A stretch of DNA of 64,000 nt from Bacillota bacterium (GTDB lineage Bacteria; Bacillota; Sulfobacillia; RBS10-35; JAJYVN01), in the NCBI GenBank assembly GCA_021806565.1, contig JAJZXK010000001.1, forward strand, positions 100,072-164,071, in the 5' to 3' direction. Below, piece by piece: positions 1-9,707 of this stretch (positions within the stretch are counted from its first letter, which is position 1; every line of letters starts with the position of its first letter). Both the position numbers and the translations under genes were made by a program. Under the pieces are notes generated by a model. That model saw nothing but the letters and a program-made list of their open reading frames with translations. It was not told where the DNA came from and ran no database searches.

Positions 1-817
1 TGGAGGCCAGAGTGGCGTTGAGGATCTGGGTGCCCTGCGCGTTGGCCAGGGTGATCGAGCTGGAGCTGACGCCGGTGACGCTGCCGGACCATGCCGTCTG
101 AGCCGCACCCGCGCCGCCCATGTAGAGCGGGGTACCGGTCGGGGTGCCCGAGGTGTAACCCGATTGCAGGGTGGGCGCGGCCACCGCGGCGTCGTACGTC
201 ATCTGTGCCACCTCACCGCGCGTCGCGGGCAGTTCGGCGACGAAGTGGACGCCCTGGGTCAGGTTGAGGTTGTACGCCGCGATGGTGTAGGCGCTTTGGA
301 AGCTGCCGCTGGGGACGGCGGCGGTGTCTCCGATGGCGCGAAGCAGGATCGCCGCCGCCTCGACCATCGTGATGTTCTGGTTGGCCTGGAAGGTTCCGTC
401 TGGGTACCCCTGGATCAGTTTCTGACCCTGGGCGTAGTTCACATAGCCCCAGGCCCACGTCGGGATCTGGGCGCCGTCTTTGAAGGACGGCGTGAGGTTG
501 GACAGCGCCGCGGCGGCCTGCTGCGCCTTGGGGCCGAGCAGCCGGACGACGGCCGCCGTGAACTCCGCGCGGGTGATCTGGTTTTGCGGCTGGAAGGTGC
601 CGTTGGGGTACCCGTTGAGCACGCCTTCTGCCGTGAGGAACTCGATGGCGGTCACGTGCGCGTTTCCGGTGACGTCGCTGTAGGGAATCGGTGCGGCGCT
701 CTGTGCCATGGCTGCCGGCGCCAGCGCCAGACTGCCGGTCACGGCGAGGCCTGCGCAGACCGCGGCCAGCCGTGCCGGGATGCGGCGCGGCCTTCTGCCT
801 GCGGCGTCGGTCTTCAT
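1..817 (-). CDS. S-layer homology (SLH) domain protein, runs off the left edge of the window
   Basis: Not in the ORF track; translated by hand from ATG at 817 with RBS GGAGGAGG. Signal peptide (MKTDAAGRRPRR...LALAPAAMA) followed by SLH repeats YSDVTGNAHVTAIEFLTAEGVLNGYPNGTFQPQNQITRAEF and GYPDGTFQANQNITMVEAAAI. Confidence 0.85.
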   Translation of the reverse strand, partial: MKTDAAGRRPRRIPARLAAVCAGLAVTGSLALAPAAMAQSAAPIPYSDVTGNAHVTAIEFLTAEGVLNGYPNGTFQPQNQITRAEFTAAVVRLLGPKAQQAAAALSNLTPSFKDGAQIPTWAWGYVNYAQGQKLIQGYPDGTFQANQNITMVEAAAILLRAIGDTAAVPSGSFQSAYTIAAYNLNLTQGVHFVAELPATRGEVAQMTYDAAVAAPTLQSGYTSGTPTGTPLYMGGAGAAQTAWSGSVTGVSSSSITLANAQGTQILNATLAS

Positions 818-1001
818 AGGGACCCTCCTCCAATACGACACGGTGTGCGGCCTGTCCGCTGGGACGAAAAACCGGTGCGCGCGGTTCCATGCGGGACGCC
901 CCTAGCGTCGTCTTCCTTATTCTTCGGACACGGTGCGCCGCATCCGGGGGTGGCTCACCCACTCCAGGCAGCATCCGCCAGGGATGGCGTGCCCAACCAC
1001 G

Positions 1002-1030
1002 ATTGTAAACGCAGCGCCGCGAGACGTCAG
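1002..1030 (-). promoter_or_regulatory. putative sigma-A promoter for the SLH gene
   Basis: Minus strand CTGACG-N17-TACAAT, implying a 5' UTR of about 180 nt. Confidence 0.45.
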
Positions 1031-1086
1031 GAGGGGATTTCTGGAAGGCCGTGCATTCGCCCGGCAGGAGTCGGTGGCTGTGGGAG

Positions 1087-1120
1087 CGAACACCTGCACC
1101 TACGATCGGGCACGTGTTCG
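1087..1120 (+). promoter_or_regulatory. tandem LexA (SOS) box-like sites flanking a -10 element
   Basis: CGAACACCTGCACC (1087-1100) and CGGGCACGTGTTCG (1107-1120) versus the Gram-positive consensus CGAACRNRYGTTCG; TACGAT (1101-1106) lies between them; directly upstream of thpR-recA-recX. Confidence 0.6.
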
Positions 1121-1124
1121 GCCG

Positions 1125-1745
1125 ATGGTCCCAGTGCGGACGCGAGCGGGGGGTGCCGTTATCACGCAGCGTCTTTTCATCGGGGTGCCCTGTGCCGGTC
1201 CCGCTCCGGAATTGGATGCGTACCTCGGGGCGCTGGCGGCACCGCAGTGGCGGATGGTGCCGCGGGCCCAGCGGCACTGGACGCTTGCGTTTCTCGGTCC
1301 GCAGCCGGACGAGGTGGTGGCGCCGCTGATCACGGCCCTGGATTCGGGTCTGGAGCGCCAGGCGGCCTTCCGGCTCGATTTGGCCGGTCTCGGGGCGTTC
1401 CCCAGCGGGAGGCGACCGACCTCGCTGTGGGTCGGGTGCACCTCTGGACAGGATCGTCTTGAGCCGCTGAGCCAAGCGGTGCGGGACGCGGTGCGCGCGG
1501 CCGGTCTGGCGGTGGATCCCCGGCCCCTGCGGCCCCACGTCACGGTGGCGCGGCGCCGGGCGCATGCGGAGCCGGCCGTCGCCGCCCGGGGCGGCGAGGC
1601 CTGGATTCAAGGCGGCGAGGGCCGCAGTTGGGGTCGGGTGGAGGTTTCCCAGGTGGTGCTCTGGCGGTCGGACCTCGAACCGACCGGCGCACGGTACACG
1701 CCGCTACGCATTTGGCCGCTTGCCGGCCGCCCAGAGGTGCCATAA
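1125..1745 (+). CDS. thpR: RNA 2',3'-cyclic phosphodiesterase (2H phosphoesterase)
   Basis: RLFIGV N-terminus, two HxT motifs (HWTLAFLG, PHVTVAR), C-terminal SDLEPTGARYTPL; next to recA. Start codon uncertain. Confidence 0.88.
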   Translation: MVPVRTRAGGAVITQRLFIGVPCAGPAPELDAYLGALAAPQWRMVPRAQRHWTLAFLGPQPDEVVAPLITALDSGLERQAAFRLDLAGLGAFPSGRRPTSLWVGCTSGQDRLEPLSQAVRDAVRAAGLAVDPRPLRPHVTVARRRAHAEPAVAARGGEAWIQGGEGRSWGRVEVSQVVLWRSDLEPTGARYTPLRIWPLAGRPEVP

Positions 1746-1784
1746 ACTGGTTTTCGGCCGCGAACGACGGGAGGTTTTCGCTGG

Positions 1785-2846
1785 ATGGATAAGGACAAGG
1801 CGCTGGAGACGGCGATCACGCAGATTGAGCGTCAGTTCGGAAAGGGTTCGATCATGAAGCTGGGCGAGGTCAGTAACCGGCTTCAGGTGGAGACGATCCC
1901 GTCGGGTTCGCTGGCCCTCGACATTGCCTTGGGCGTCGGTGGTCTGCCGCGGGGCCGCGTCGTCGAGATCTATGGCCATGAGTCCAGCGGCAAGACGACG
2001 CTCGCCCAGCACGCGATGGCGTCGGCCCAGCGGCTGGGGGGTATCGCCGCCATGGTGGACGCCGAGCATGCCCTGGATCCGGGCTATGCCGAACGGCTCG
2101 GTCTGGACGTGGAGAACCTGCTGATCTCCCAACCGGACACGGGTGAGCAGGCGCTGGAGATCGCCGAGGCCCTGGTCCGTTCCGGTGCCGTCGACGTGGT
2201 GGTCGTCGACTCGGTTGCGGCCCTGGTGCCGCGGGCGGAGTTGGAGGGCGAGATGGGCGACACCCATGTCGGCCTGCAGGCCCGCCTGATGTCACAGGCC
2301 CTGCGCAAGCTGGTCGGCGCAGTGAGCAAGTCCAAGACGTGCCTGATCTTCACCAACCAGATCCGCGAGAAGGTCGGGGTGATGTTCGGCTCGCCGGAGA
2401 CCACCCCCGGAGGCCGCGCCCTCAAGTTCTATTCTTCGGTGCGTCTCGAGGTGCGCCGCATCGAGACGCTCAAACAGGGACAGGAAACGACCGGCATCCG
2501 CGTTCGGGCGAAGGTCGTCAAGAACAAGGTGGCGCCGCCCTTCCGTGTGGCCGAGTTCGACATCCTTTATGGGAGCGGCATCTCCCACGAGGGAGACCTC
2601 ATCGACATCGGTTGCGAGTTGGGCGTGGTCTCCCGCTCCGGCACCTGGTATTCGCATGGCAGTGAGCGGCTTGGTCAGGGACGCGAGAATGCGCGCGAGT
2701 TTCTGCGCGGCCACGCGGAGGTGGCGGCGGCCATCGAACAGCGCATCCGTGAGGCGCAGCAGAACGGGCGCGCCGCGGTCGCCGCGCGGCCGGCGGCGAC
2801 GGACACGAACGATGATGTCGATGAGGACGAGGTGGCGGACGCTTGA
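1785..2846 (+). CDS. recA: recombinase RecA
   Basis: [11 protein letters not shown], Walker [41 protein letters not shown]. Confidence 0.99.
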   Translation: MDKDKALETAITQIERQFGKGSIMKLGEVSNRLQVETIPSGSLALDIALGVGGLPRGRVVEIYGHESSGKTTLAQHAMASAQRLGGIAAMVDAEHALDPGYAERLGLDVENLLISQPDTGEQALEIAEALVRSGAVDVVVVDSVAALVPRAELEGEMGDTHVGLQARLMSQALRKLVGAVSKSKTCLIFTNQIREKVGVMFGSPETTPGGRALKFYSSVRLEVRRIETLKQGQETTGIRVRAKVVKNKVAPPFRVAEFDILYGSGISHEGDLIDIGCELGVVSRSGTWYSHGSERLGQGRENAREFLRGHAEVAAAIEQRIREAQQNGRAAVAARPAATDTNDDVDEDEVADA

Positions 2847-3499
2847 GGCGTCAGCCGGCGCAACCGCCCGAGTGGCACCTGCCGCTGGAGCGGTTGGAGC
2901 CGCTGGCTGATGGCGGCGGGATTCGGATCCGGATCGGCGGCCGGACGCTCGGTACGGTGGACCCCGGAGTGCCGGCGGTCCTGGCGCTTGACGTCGGCCT
3001 GCCGGTGCCGCCGCAGGTGCGACCCGCCCTCGAGCGCGCCCTGGCCGAGTGGGCGGCCTGCGATGACGGGTTGCGGCTCTTGGCGCGCCGGCCGTACAGT
3101 TCGGCGCAACTGGAAAGGGCTCTGCGGCTGCGTCATGGGGCGGACGCGGCCGCGGTCGCGCTGGCCCGGCTGCGCGTCTACTTGGACGACGGTGCCTTTG
3201 CGCGAAGCTGGGCAGCATCGCGCCTGCGGGCGGGGCCTCGGGGGGCGACGGCCCTGACGGCCGGGTTGCGCCAGGCCGGTGTGGGGCACGTGGATACCGC
3301 CGCAGCTGTGGATGCGGCGCTGGCGGAGGCGGGAGGCGAACTGGCGCTATGCCAAACGGCCGCGCGGCGGTGGGTGGCCCGCCATGGCCGGCCCGCCGAC
3401 CGGCGCGCCGCGGCGCGGTTGTGGGCGCACCTGGCGCGCCGCGGTTTCGGCGGCGAGGTCATCTCGCGGACACTGGCTTCGGAGGGCGTGGGGGAGTAG
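2843..3499 (+). CDS. recX: regulatory protein RecX
   Basis: Overlaps the recA stop; [27 protein letters not shown] motifs. Confidence 0.85.
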   Translation: MRRQPAQPPEWHLPLERLEPLADGGGIRIRIGGRTLGTVDPGVPAVLALDVGLPVPPQVRPALERALAEWAACDDGLRLLARRPYSSAQLERALRLRHGADAAAVALARLRVYLDDGAFARSWAASRLRAGPRGATALTAGLRQAGVGHVDTAAAVDAALAEAGGELALCQTAARRWVARHGRPADRRAAARLWAHLARRGFGGEVISRTLASEGVGE

Positions 3500-3553
3500 C
3501 CGCCTGCGCCGCGTGGCCGCGCATCGCGCCCAGGGCGGTCAGAGACGTCAAGG

Positions 3554-3583
3554 TTGACAACCGTCCCCGACGCCCCGTACACT
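3554..3583 (+). promoter_or_regulatory. sigma-A promoter upstream of rny leader
   Basis: TTGACA-N18-TACACT. Confidence 0.65.
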
Positions 3584-3589
3584 TTATCG

Positions 3590-3730
3590 GGTGTCATGGT
3601 CCTCCGCGTCCGTCGGCCTCGTTTTTGTGGACATGCACCACCGCCCCAGGGCGGGTCGGGCGCAGATGCAAAGGCAGGTGGCACCGGACGGTTGGTGGGG
3701 CCGGCCCTGAGTGGGCCGGTTTCTTTGTTT
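3590..3730 (+). ncRNA. candidate structured RNA or leader upstream of rny
   Basis: Lies between a promoter and a terminator; long-range complementarity CGTCCG (3607-3612) with CGGACG (3685-3690), GGTCC with GGGCC, apical hairpin CCGCCC-CA-GGGCGG. Confidence 0.4.
3700..3730 (+). terminator. intrinsic terminator in rny leader
   Basis: GCCGGCCC-TGAGT-GGGCCGGT followed by TTCTTTGTTT. Confidence 0.65.
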
Positions 3731-3837
3731 GTGGACCGGGTGTCGAACATCCCGCGACGGTACGGAAAAAACGGAACAGCGTGACCACGCGGCCTTTTCC
3801 GCTCCCGCCGCGGTGGGGGTGAACCGGGCTGAACGAC

Positions 3838-5370
3838 ATGGTGATCGGGGCGGCGTCCCTGGTCGCGTTGGTAGCGGGTGGTGCGGCCGGTTACACCGTC
3901 CGCAAGCGGACGGCGGAGGCGGCCATCGGATCGGCCGAAGCGGAGGCGGCGCGGCGCCTTGAGGTCGGCGAGAAGGAAGTGGAGGCCAAAAAGCGCGAGG
4001 TTTTGGTCGGGGCGCGGGAGGAGGTCCAGCGGCTCCGCCAGGAATTCGAGGTGGAGGTGCGCTCCCAGCGCGGCGAGCAGCAGAAGCTGGAAAATCGCCT
4101 GCTGCTGCGCGAGGAGGCTCTCGATCGCAAGTTGGAAGTTCTGGACGAGCGCGACGCCTCGATGCGCACCAAGGAGGCGGACATCGAGCGGCTGCGTCTG
4201 GAGCAGGACCGATTGCGCCTTGAGGCGCAGGCGGAGTTGGAGCGCGTCTCCGGTCTCAAGCGGGAGGATGCGCGCCAGATCCTGTTGCAGGGGGTGCGGG
4301 ACGAATCCCGCCGCGAGGCCGCCCTGATCGCGCGCGACATCGAAAACGAGGCCCGCGCGGATGCGGACCGCCAAGCCAAGGAGATCCTGGCGATGGCGGT
4401 GCAGCGGTGTGCGGCGGACCATGTGGCGGAGACGACGGTCTCCGTGGTCAGCCTGCCTTCCGACGACATGAAGGGCAGGATCATCGGGCGCGAGGGGCGC
4501 AATATCCGCACCTTCGAGGCCCTCACCGGGGTGGACGTGATCATCGATGACACGCCGGAAACGGTGGTGGTGTCCGCGTTCGACCCCGTCCGGCGCGAGA
4601 AGGCGAAGCTCACCCTGCAGAAGCTGATCGCCGACGGGCGCATTCATCCAGCGCGCATCGAGGAGATGTATGGCAAGGCCGAAAAGGAAGTCGAACAGCG
4701 GATGCGCGAGGAGGGGGAACGCGCCTGCGAGGAGGTCGGCGTGGTGCGGCTGCACCGCGAACTCGTCGACATCCTCGGGAGGCTGCGCTTTCGCACCTCC
4801 TACGGGCAGAACGTGCTGAAGCATTCCGTCGAAGTCGCGCACCTGGCCGGGTTGATGGCGGCGCAGTTGGGTGCCGATGTCGCACTGGCCAAGCGGGCGG
4901 GGCTGGTGCACGACATCGGCAAAGCGATGGACCACAGCGTGGAGGGCACGCACATCACCATCGGCATGGATCTTCTGCGCCGGTTCGGCGAGTCCGAGGA
5001 TGTGGTGCACGCGATGTGCACCCACCATGGCGATTACGAGGCGCACTCCCTGGAGGCCGTCCTTGTGACCGCGGCCGACAAGCTCTCCGCTTCACGCCCG
5101 GGTGCGAGGCGCGAAACCCTTGAGGCATACATCGAACGGCTGCAGAAGCTGGAAGAGATCGCCGAATCGTTCCAGGGAGTGGAAAAGTCGTTCGCCATCT
5201 CGGCCGGTCGCGAGATCCGCATCGCAGTCAAGCCGGATCAGATCGACGACGCAGAAGCCTTCCAACTGGTGCGCGCGGTGTGCAAGCGCATCGAGGACGA
5301 GATGCGCTATCCCGGTCAGATCAAGGTGACGGTTATCCGGGAGACCCGGGCGGTAGAGTACGCGAAGTGA
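3838..5370 (+). CDS. rny: ribonuclease Y
   Basis: N-terminal TM, coiled coil, KH domain ([13 protein letters not shown]), HD domain ([13 protein letters not shown]), RPGARRE. Confidence 0.98.
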   Translation: MVIGAASLVALVAGGAAGYTVRKRTAEAAIGSAEAEAARRLEVGEKEVEAKKREVLVGAREEVQRLRQEFEVEVRSQRGEQQKLENRLLLREEALDRKLEVLDERDASMRTKEADIERLRLEQDRLRLEAQAELERVSGLKREDARQILLQGVRDESRREAALIARDIENEARADADRQAKEILAMAVQRCAADHVAETTVSVVSLPSDDMKGRIIGREGRNIRTFEALTGVDVIIDDTPETVVVSAFDPVRREKAKLTLQKLIADGRIHPARIEEMYGKAEKEVEQRMREEGERACEEVGVVRLHRELVDILGRLRFRTSYGQNVLKHSVEVAHLAGLMAAQLGADVALAKRAGLVHDIGKAMDHSVEGTHITIGMDLLRRFGESEDVVHAMCTHHGDYEAHSLEAVLVTAADKLSASRPGARRETLEAYIERLQKLEEIAESFQGVEKSFAISAGREIRIAVKPDQIDDAEAFQLVRAVCKRIEDEMRYPGQIKVTVIRETRAVEYAK

Positions 5371-5416
5371 GGTGGCCGGGGGCGACCGCCCCTGGTTTCG
5401 CGCGGGGGGCGGAATC

Positions 5417-6244
5417 GTGCGGATCCTGTTCGTCGGCGATGTGGTCGGTAAGCCGGGAAGGACCATCCTCCGGCAACGATTGCCCGAGTTGCGCCGCACA
5501 TACAGCCCGGAACTGGTGGTCGTCAATGCCGAAAACGCCGCCGGAGGTGTCGGTCTGACCCCGCCCACCGCGCGGGAACTGCTGGCCATGGGCGTCGACG
5601 CCCTGACCCTGGGAAACCATGCGTGGGACAAGCGTGAACTGGCTCCGGCGATGGATGAGTTTCCCCAGTTGCTGCGCCCGGCGAACTTCCCGCCCGGAAC
5701 GCCGGGGCGGGGGGCGATGACCGTGCGGACACGGTCGGGGGCCAGGGTGGGCATCGTCAACGCGATGGGCCGGGTCTTTTCCGGGGCGCACCTGGACTGC
5801 CCCTTTCGCGCCATGGACCAGGCCTTAGAGGAGTTGGCGGGTCAGACACCGCTCATTCTGGTCGACTTCCACGCCGAGGCGACTTCTGAGAAGACGGCGA
5901 TGGGATGGTTTCTCGACGGGCGCGTCACCGCGGTGGTCGGCACCCACACGCACATCCAGACGGCCGATGCCGCGGTGCTGCCGGGGGGAACCGCTTACAT
6001 CACGGACGTCGGGATGACCGGCCCTTGGTTGTCGTGTCTGGGCGTGGAGCGGGGCCGCGTGCTGGAGCGGTTCCTGACCCAGATGCCGGTCCGTTTCGAC
6101 GTCGCGCCCGGGCCGTGCCAGTTGAACGCCGTGGTGGTGGACGCCGATCCCGCATCGGGTAAGGCCGCGGCGATCACCCCGCTGTATTGGCGCGAGCCCC
6201 TGGATGCCGGGGCCGGGGCCGGATCCGAGCCGTCTGGATCCTGA
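5417..6244 (+). CDS. ymdB: YmdB-family metallophosphoesterase
   Basis: ILFVGDVVG, NAENAAGG, LGNHAWD, DFHAEATSEK, GTHTH, TDVGMTG; follows rny. Confidence 0.95.
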   Translation: MRILFVGDVVGKPGRTILRQRLPELRRTYSPELVVVNAENAAGGVGLTPPTARELLAMGVDALTLGNHAWDKRELAPAMDEFPQLLRPANFPPGTPGRGAMTVRTRSGARVGIVNAMGRVFSGAHLDCPFRAMDQALEELAGQTPLILVDFHAEATSEKTAMGWFLDGRVTAVVGTHTHIQTADAAVLPGGTAYITDVGMTGPWLSCLGVERGRVLERFLTQMPVRFDVAPGPCQLNAVVVDADPASGKAAAITPLYWREPLDAGAGAGSEPSGS

Positions 6245-6245
6245 C

Positions 6246-7540
6246 CAAAGGGGCGCGGCGCAAGCCCCTGTCTTTAGGCATGTTAACCTCTTTGCATCAA
6301 ACGTGGTGTAGTGCAAGGCATGGAGCGCAAGGCGTACAAGTACCGCTTCTACCCGACCGAGGACCAGGCGCGCGAACTGGCGCGGACCCTTGGCTGCGTG
6401 CGGTACGTGTATAACTGGGCGCTTGCTTTGCGCACGGAGGCGTGGTTTGAGCGTCACGAACGCATTGATTACGCTGAGACAGATCGGCTTCTGGTCCGCA
6501 TGAAGAAGGATCCCGACAGGGCATGGTTGGCGGAGGTCTCCTGCGTACCGCTTCAGCAGTCGCTGCGTCACCTCAATGCCGCCTTCGTCAACTTCTTCGC
6601 GGGTCGCGCCAAGTACCCGCGCTTCCATCGCAAGCACGACCGGCAAGGCACCACATATCGCATCGGTGGCTTCCAGTGGAAAAACGGAACCCTCGCGTTG
6701 GTCAAGATGGACGACCCCATGAACATCCGCTGGACACGACCAGTCGGGGCGGAGTCGACCAGCGTTACCATCAGCAAGGACCCCGCTGGCCGCCGCTTTG
6801 TCTCCTTCTCGACGGAGGAGGAGATTACCCCGCTGCCCGTGGTCAACGCCACGGTGGGGATCGATCTCGGACCGCTGGACGCGGTAGCCATGAGCACTGG
6901 AGAGAAGGTGGGGAACGAGCGGTTCTTCCGGCGGGACGAACAGCGGTTGGCTCGGGCGCAACGGCGTCTGGCCCGCAGGCAGAAGGGATCGCGCAATCGC
7001 GGTAGGGTACGGCGGAAGGTGGCCCGCATCCATGCCCGCATCGCCGACCGGCGGCAGGACTTCACGCACAAGCTCACCACGCGCATCATCCACGAAAACC
7101 AAGTGGTGTGCGCCGAGGGATTGAGCGTGAAGGGCATGCTGGCCCATCCGACGCTCGCCACGAGCATCGGGCTGGGGCGAACTCCTGCGGCAACTGGAGT
7201 ACAAGGCGCGGAGGTACGGCCGCACCTTCGTCCAGATCGACCGCTTCTATCCCAGCAGCAAACGGTGTCACGCCTGTGGGCACGTCGTCGAATGGCTGCC
7301 CCTGGACGTTCGGCATTGGGAGTGCCCTGCATGTAAGGTGGCACTCGACCGGGTCGTTAACGCCGCGCAGAACATCAAAGATGCGGGGCTCGCGGAACTG
7401 GCCGCCGGGCTGGCGGTGTCTGCCGGTGGAGGGGACGTAAGACCCGCTCGGAAACGGGTGGGCGGACCCCGGCGAAGCAGGAAGCCCCGGTGAACGATCA
7501 CCGAGAATCCCCCGGCTGTGGCCGTGGGGGGGGAGTTCAA
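6246..7540 (+). mobile_element. IS200/IS605-family element carrying tnpB only (IS1341-like)
   Basis: Left-end hairpin motif AAGCCCCTGTCTTTAGGC just after CTGAC; right end GAATCCCCCGGCTGTGGCCGTGGGGGGGAGTTCAA ending in TCAA; no tnpA. Left boundary inferred. Confidence 0.85.
6320..7493 (+). pseudogene. tnpB: TnpB RNA-guided nuclease, frameshifted near 7170
   Basis: KAYKYRFYPT, GIDLG (RuvC-I), VCAEGLSVKGM (RuvC-II). The frame shifts at SI|GWGELLRQLEYKA and continues through FYPSSKRCHACG...WECPAC...DRVVNAAQNI to TGA at 7491-7493. Confidence 0.9.
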
Positions 7541-7556
7541 GAAAGCTGATGGGGGG
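7380..7556 (+). ncRNA. putative omegaRNA/reRNA of the TnpB element (scaffold plus guide from the 3' flank)
   Basis: TnpB guide RNAs are known to derive from the element right end; the GAAGCAGGAA...GAATCCCC...TCAA pattern is present. Boundaries approximate. Confidence 0.5.
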
Positions 7557-7563
7557 CGCAGTT

Positions 7564-8556
7564 ATGGACCGTGATGCCGATGCCCTGCACCGCGCCGCGG
7601 TGGTCGTGGACGCCCATGTGGACACGGTGTTGGCCCTGGAGGCCGGCCGTGACTTCTATCGCGGCGGTTCCGGGGGGCACGTCGACCTGCCGCGCTTGCG
7701 TGCCGGCGGCGTCGATGTCCAGGTGTTCGCCCTCTACCTCGAGCCCGCCTATAAACCGGAACGGGCCCTGGCGCGCGTGCTTGCGTTGCGGGACCGGTTG
7801 CTGCGCACCTTCGCGGCGGGCGGCGGTGCGGTGCGCCTGTGCCGCGACGGCGCCGATCTGGATGCGGCGCTGGCCGCCGGCCAGCTCGCGGCGGTCCTTT
7901 CCGTGGAGGGCGGGGAGGCCGTCGGCACCGACCTTGCCCTGCTGCGCGCCCTGCACGACCTGGACGTCCGGGCCATGGGCCTTACCTGGAATCAGCGCAA
8001 CGCCATCGCCGACGGGGCGGGTGAGGATCGCGCCCAGGGAGGCCTGACGGCGTTCGGCCGGCGCGTCGTGGCGGAGATGGACCGCCTGGGGATGGTGGTC
8101 GATGTCTCCCACCTGTGCGCCCGTTCGTTCTGGGACGTGCTGGAATGCGGCGGGATGCCGCGCTTTGCCTCGCATTCTAACTGCCGCGCCCTGTGCGACC
8201 ACGTGCGCAACCTCGACGACGCCCAGATCCGCGCCCTGGCGATGACGGGCGGCGTTATGGGCATGAACTTCTTCGCCGACTTCCTGGATCAGGACCCGGC
8301 GCGGGCCGATGTGGGGCGGGTGTGTGACCACATCGACCACATCTGCGGCCTGGTCGGCCCGCGCCATGTCGGGCTCGGTTCGGATTTCGACGGCATCCAG
8401 CGTACCCCGCGCGGGCTGGAGGACGTCGGCCGCCTGCCTGCGCTCACGCGGGAACTGGTGCGCCGTGGCTATCGCCAGGCGGACATCGAGGCGATCCTGG
8501 GCGGCAATGTGCTGCGCCTGTTGCGTGCCGTCTGGGCGGGCGGGGCGGCCGGGTAG
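7564..8556 (+). CDS. membrane dipeptidase, peptidase M19 family
   Basis: DAHVD, HVDLPRL, LSVEGG, LTWN, VDVSH, SHSN, GLGSDFDG. Confidence 0.93.
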   Translation: MDRDADALHRAAVVVDAHVDTVLALEAGRDFYRGGSGGHVDLPRLRAGGVDVQVFALYLEPAYKPERALARVLALRDRLLRTFAAGGGAVRLCRDGADLDAALAAGQLAAVLSVEGGEAVGTDLALLRALHDLDVRAMGLTWNQRNAIADGAGEDRAQGGLTAFGRRVVAEMDRLGMVVDVSHLCARSFWDVLECGGMPRFASHSNCRALCDHVRNLDDAQIRALAMTGGVMGMNFFADFLDQDPARADVGRVCDHIDHICGLVGPRHVGLGSDFDGIQRTPRGLEDVGRLPALTRELVRRGYRQADIEAILGGNVLRLLRAVWAGGAAG

Positions 8557-8605
8557 TCTGATATCCCTCCCCGGCATACTACTGCCGGGCGAGGGGGGAC
8601 CAACC

Positions 8606-8833
8606 GTGCGGCGGGCGGCGGAATCGGCGGACGTGCTTCCGCTGGACGCTTCGGAGTTGGCTCGCAGGGTTGACGCCCTGGAGCGGGAACTGGATCGTTT
8701 GCGCCGCAGTCGGCGCGTCCTGATGGAGTTGCTCTGGCGCCTGGATCGCGACTGGCGGGCCCGCGAGGTTGCGCTGGAGGCCGCAAACCGCCGTCTGTGG
8801 GAACTCGGCCGACGGACCGACGGGGTTCCCTGA
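8606..8833 (+). CDS. small coiled-coil hypothetical protein
   Basis: RBS GAGGGGG and GTG start; heptad-like LARRVDALERELDRLRRSRRVLMELL. Confidence 0.6.
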   Translation: MRRAAESADVLPLDASELARRVDALERELDRLRRSRRVLMELLWRLDRDWRAREVALEAANRRLWELGRRTDGVP

Positions 8834-8949
8834 CGTCCCGATCCGTGTCCGGGCCGGCCCGCGCACCGGACGCGACACGAGCACAGTGGGGAGGGAAGCG
8901 GCGCCACCGCCGTCGCCACGAGGCCGGTGTTTTTCGCGCCGCGCGACGT

Positions 8950-9546
8950 ATGGACACTGACCACCGGGCCCAGACGCCGCCTGCGGCGGATGCCGTCACG
9001 GCCGGGCCAGTTGCGGATGCGAACCCGCCGGTCGAAGGTGCGGCTGTCCCCGAAGTGGCAGCGGCGGCCGCGCCGCTCCTGCCGGAAGGGGACACGGTAG
9101 GCTTCGCACGCGCCTGTGAGCTCCTGGGGTTGACACCGCACGTGTTGCGCCGGCTGCTGGACGACTTTGAAGATGTCCTGCCGCCGGTCCGCGCCGATGG
9201 CGGAGAGCGCGGCCTGGCACCGGGCGCCATGCCGATCCTGGCCGCGATCGCAGGCTGGCGCGCCGCGGGGATGGCCCACGAAGAGGTCCATCATCGGGCT
9301 CAGATGATGGCCACGCAGGGCGGCGCGCCGGCCGCGGAAAGCGGAAGCGAGCGGCTTGTGGCGGAGATCGCACGGGTGCACGCCGAGCTGCTGCGCTCGG
9401 AGCAGCAGCGGGGTGAAGACCGCGACCGCCTGCTGACCGCCCTGATGCGCACCCAGCAAGAACTCGCGAGCCTGCGCCTGGAACTGACGTCCCGCCAGCG
9501 GAGCGACCGCAGGCGCGGCTTCTTTGCCCGGCTGTTTGGTGGGTGA
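8950..9546 (+). CDS. MerR-type HTH plus coiled-coil protein with C-terminal amphipathic helix (RacA-like architecture)
   Basis: ACELLGLTPHVLRRLLDDF HTH-like segment, coiled coil, C-terminal RRRGFFARLFGG. Confidence 0.65.
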   Translation: MDTDHRAQTPPAADAVTAGPVADANPPVEGAAVPEVAAAAAPLLPEGDTVGFARACELLGLTPHVLRRLLDDFEDVLPPVRADGGERGLAPGAMPILAAIAGWRAAGMAHEEVHHRAQMMATQGGAPAAESGSERLVAEIARVHAELLRSEQQRGEDRDRLLTALMRTQQELASLRLELTSRQRSDRRRGFFARLFGG

Positions 9547-9584
9547 GATCGGGCCGCGGTGGCGCCCGGGGCCCATACCGGCGG

Positions 9585-9704
9585 TCAGCCGGATCGCGCG
9601 CGGGACGGGAAGAGCATCAGGAAATATGCCATCATACTAAGGGCGAGCACCACGACCAATGCCCACGCGAAAACGCGTGACACCCGTTTCCTGCCGCGCC
9701 GCAC
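9585..9704 (-). CDS. 39-aa basic single-TM small protein
   Basis: RBS GGAGGGGG then GTG: MRRGRKRVSRVFAWALVVVLALSMMAYFLMLFPSRARSG; starts 3 nt after the SDR stop codon. Confidence 0.6.
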   Translation of the reverse strand: MRRGRKRVSRVFAWALVVVLALSMMAYFLMLFPSRARSG

Positions 9705-9707
9705 CTT

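Noticed and set aside
836..941. Short direct repeat GACACGGTG in the SLH gene leader
   Set aside because: Only two short copies; not distinguishable from chance at this GC content.
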